A DNA stretch of 64,000 nucleotides from Saccharopolyspora erythraea NRRL 2338. Lineage in GTDB: Bacteria; Actinomycetota; Actinomycetes; Mycobacteriales; Pseudonocardiaceae. The stretch is taken from NCBI RefSeq assembly GCF_000062885.1, contig NC_009142.1:1103584-1167583 (forward strand). Direction: 5' to 3'. A program made the position numbers and the translations under genes. Under the pieces are notes generated by a model. The model did no database searches. It saw only the letters and a program-made list of their open reading frames with translations, and had not been told where the DNA came from. Of the stretch, positions 62,169 to 64,000 are shown one piece after another (position 1 is the first letter of the stretch; each line of letters starts with the position of its first letter).

Positions 62169-63341
62169 GTGGCCGAGATCGTTCTGGACAAGGTGACCAA
62201 GCGCTACCCGGACGGGGCGCTCGCGGTGGACTCGGTGGACCTGGAGATCGCCGACGGGGAGTTCGTGATCCTCGTGGGGCCCTCGGGCTGCGGCAAGTCC
62301 ACCACGCTGAACATGATCGCCGGGCTGGAGGACATCAGCTCCGGCGAGCTGCGCATCGGCGGCGAGCGGATGAACGACCGCGCGCCGAAGGACCGCGACA
62401 TCGCCATGGTGTTCCAGTCCTACGCGCTCTACCCGCACATGTCGGTGTTCGAGAACATGGCGTTCCCGCTGCGGCTGGCCAAGGTGGGCGACGCCGAGGT
62501 GCGCTCGAAGGTCGAGGAGGCCGCCAAGGTCCTGGACCTGACCCAGCACCTGTCCCGCAAGCCCGCCAACCTCTCCGGCGGGCAGCGGCAGCGGGTGGCC
62601 ATGGGGCGGGCGATCGTGCGCAGCCCCAAGGCGTTCCTGATGGACGAGCCGCTGTCCAACCTGGACGCCAAGCTGCGCGTGCAGATGCGGACCTCGGTGT
62701 CGAAGCTGCAGAAGCGGCTGGGCACCACCACGGTCTACGTCACCCACGACCAGACCGAGGCGATGACCCTCGGCGACCGGGTCGTGGTGCTGCGCGGCGG
62801 GGTCGTGCAGCAGATCGGCGCGCCGCAGCACCTCTACGAGCACCCGGCGAACCTGTTCGTCGCGGGGTTCATCGGCTCGCCCGCGATGAACTTCCTGCCC
62901 GCCGAGGTCGCGGAGAGCTCGGTGCGCTGCGCGCTCGGCGACCTGCCGCTGACCGACCGGATCCGCCGGGCGCTGGAGTCGGCCGACGCGCCGCGGGAGC
63001 TGATCCTGGGCATCCGCCCGGAGCACTTCGAGGACGCCGCGCTGGTCGACGACGCCCTGCAGCGCTCCGGCGCGACCTTCACCGAGGAGGTGGAGGTCGT
63101 GGAGGAGATGGGTTCGGACAAGTACGTCTACTTCACCCTGCGCGGCGGGCGGGCCAGCAGCGCGGAGCTGGAGGAGCTGGCAGCCGACGCGGGCACCGCC
63201 GAGGTGCCCAGCGACGACGGGCACCTGGTCACCCGGCTCTCGGTGGAGTCGGGGGCGCGGGAGAACCAGCAGGTGACGGTGTGGTTCGACCCGGAGAAGC
63301 TGCACCTGTTCGACCCGTCGACGGGCCGCATCCTGACGTGA
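62169..63341 (+). CDS. sugC: Trehalose ABC transporter ATP-binding protein SugC (MalK/UgpC type)
   Basis: GPSGCGKST Walker A, LSGGQRQRVAMGRA, FLMDEPLSNLD; C-terminal TOBE/MalK regulatory domain; GTG start. Confidence 0.85.
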   Translation: MAEIVLDKVTKRYPDGALAVDSVDLEIADGEFVILVGPSGCGKSTTLNMIAGLEDISSGELRIGGERMNDRAPKDRDIAMVFQSYALYPHMSVFENMAFPLRLAKVGDAEVRSKVEEAAKVLDLTQHLSRKPANLSGGQRQRVAMGRAIVRSPKAFLMDEPLSNLDAKLRVQMRTSVSKLQKRLGTTTVYVTHDQTEAMTLGDRVVVLRGGVVQQIGAPQHLYEHPANLFVAGFIGSPAMNFLPAEVAESSVRCALGDLPLTDRIRRALESADAPRELILGIRPEHFEDAALVDDALQRSGATFTEEVEVVEEMGSDKYVYFTLRGGRASSAELEELAADAGTAEVPSDDGHLVTRLSVESGARENQQVTVWFDPEKLHLFDPSTGRILT

Positions 63342-63349
63342 GCGCGGGA

Positions 63350-63395
63350 CGAGGGGCCGGGGGAACGTGCCCGGCCCCTCGTTCGACGGTGGGAA
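63350..63395. terminator. Bidirectional stem-loop terminator between convergent sugC and CAP-domain gene
   Basis: GACGAGGGGCCGGGGGAACGTGCCCGGCCCCTCGTTCGA, a 14-bp perfect stem. Confidence 0.55.
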
Positions 63396-63425
63396 CGTGC
63401 AGACGCTGCCCGTCTGTCCGGCCGG

Positions 63426-63947
63426 TCAGCTCGGCCGGGCGAGCACCTGCGTCCAGTAGTGCGTGAACCGGGTGCCGTCGCCTTGCGCGTGGCCGGCACC
63501 GAGCTCGGTGAAGCCTGCGTCGAGGATGTTGCCGCTGTGCTCGGGACTGCGCATCCACTGCCGGAACGTCGACTCCGCATCGCCCGTGCCCGCCGAGAGG
63601 TTCTCGGCGAGCTCGGCGAGGACGTAGCCGGCGGCCTTCGCCCGGTCGACGGGGTCGCTGCCGTCGCTGCCGGTGTGGGACACGAAGTCCCGCGCGGCCA
63701 TGTCCGCGCTGTGCGCCGCCGCGGCGCGGTTCAGCGCGTCGCTGATCCGCAACGGCGGCAGACCGGCTTCGGAGCGGGCCTGGTTGGTCAGTTCGAGGAT
63801 GCGTTCGGCGTCGGTCCGCGACCCGGGTGCCTCCGGGGCATCCCCGGCCCGCGGCGGCTCTTCGGCTGCGGGGTCGTTTCCGGGGCGTCGCCCGGCTTCC
63901 GGGGCGACAAGACCGAACATCCGCGCGGCGCTGCGCAGAACTCCCAT
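63426..63947 (-). CDS. CAP/SCP-domain (cysteine-rich secretory protein family) protein
   Basis: ILELTNQARSEAGLPPL...HSADMAARDFVSHTGSDGS...HYWTQV CAP motifs. Confidence 0.65.
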   Translation of the reverse strand: MGVLRSAARMFGLVAPEAGRRPGNDPAAEEPPRAGDAPEAPGSRTDAERILELTNQARSEAGLPPLRISDALNRAAAAHSADMAARDFVSHTGSDGSDPVDRAKAAGYVLAELAENLSAGTGDAESTFRQWMRSPEHSGNILDAGFTELGAGHAQGDGTRFTHYWTQVLARPS

Positions 63948-64000
63948 GCGACGTACCCTCCCGACCTCGTCCAGCGGCTCCGCGTGCAGTTGTACCGCAG

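Overview
This is a high-GC (~70%) actinobacterial chromosomal segment. From about 16 kb onward it is collinear with the Mycobacterium tuberculosis Rv1165-Rv1239 region (order recalled from memory, not searched): typA, an LpqW-like lipoprotein, mshB, the Rv1171-like membrane protein, fdxC, dapC, then dapD/dapE, LOG, folP2-like, tagA, DUF3117, then OMT, sigE-rseA-htrA-tatB, mrp, then lpqY-sugABC. The first ~15.7 kb is not collinear with that region. It carries a dipeptide/oligopeptide ABC importer with a fused double ATPase, an OmpR-type two-component system divergent from a LolA-like secreted protein plus ABC-2 exporter, several unrelated intergenic tandem-repeat arrays, a frameshifted DUF3224 gene, a Uma2 endonuclease and trpS. 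The most striking feature is a ~3.3 kb insertion between dapD and dapE, which are direct neighbours in M. tuberculosis. It encodes a small helical protein, a 567-aa protein with an N-terminal WXG100-like motif fused to a C-terminal alpha/beta hydrolase (GHSYG nucleophile elbow), and two tandem lipoprotein genes, one decayed to a pseudogene. This looks like a secreted-effector plus immunity-type module. Other notable points are iterated TGACGCGGACCG motifs upstream of a 1150-aa membrane-anchored patatin-like phospholipase, CTGAGAA direct repeats in the two-component-system promoter, a 24-bp triplication of the dapC 3' end including its stop codon, and a P-loop kinase inserted into the otherwise conserved sigE-rseA-htrA-tatB cluster. 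The many very long ORFs lying antisense to real genes are high-GC artefacts.
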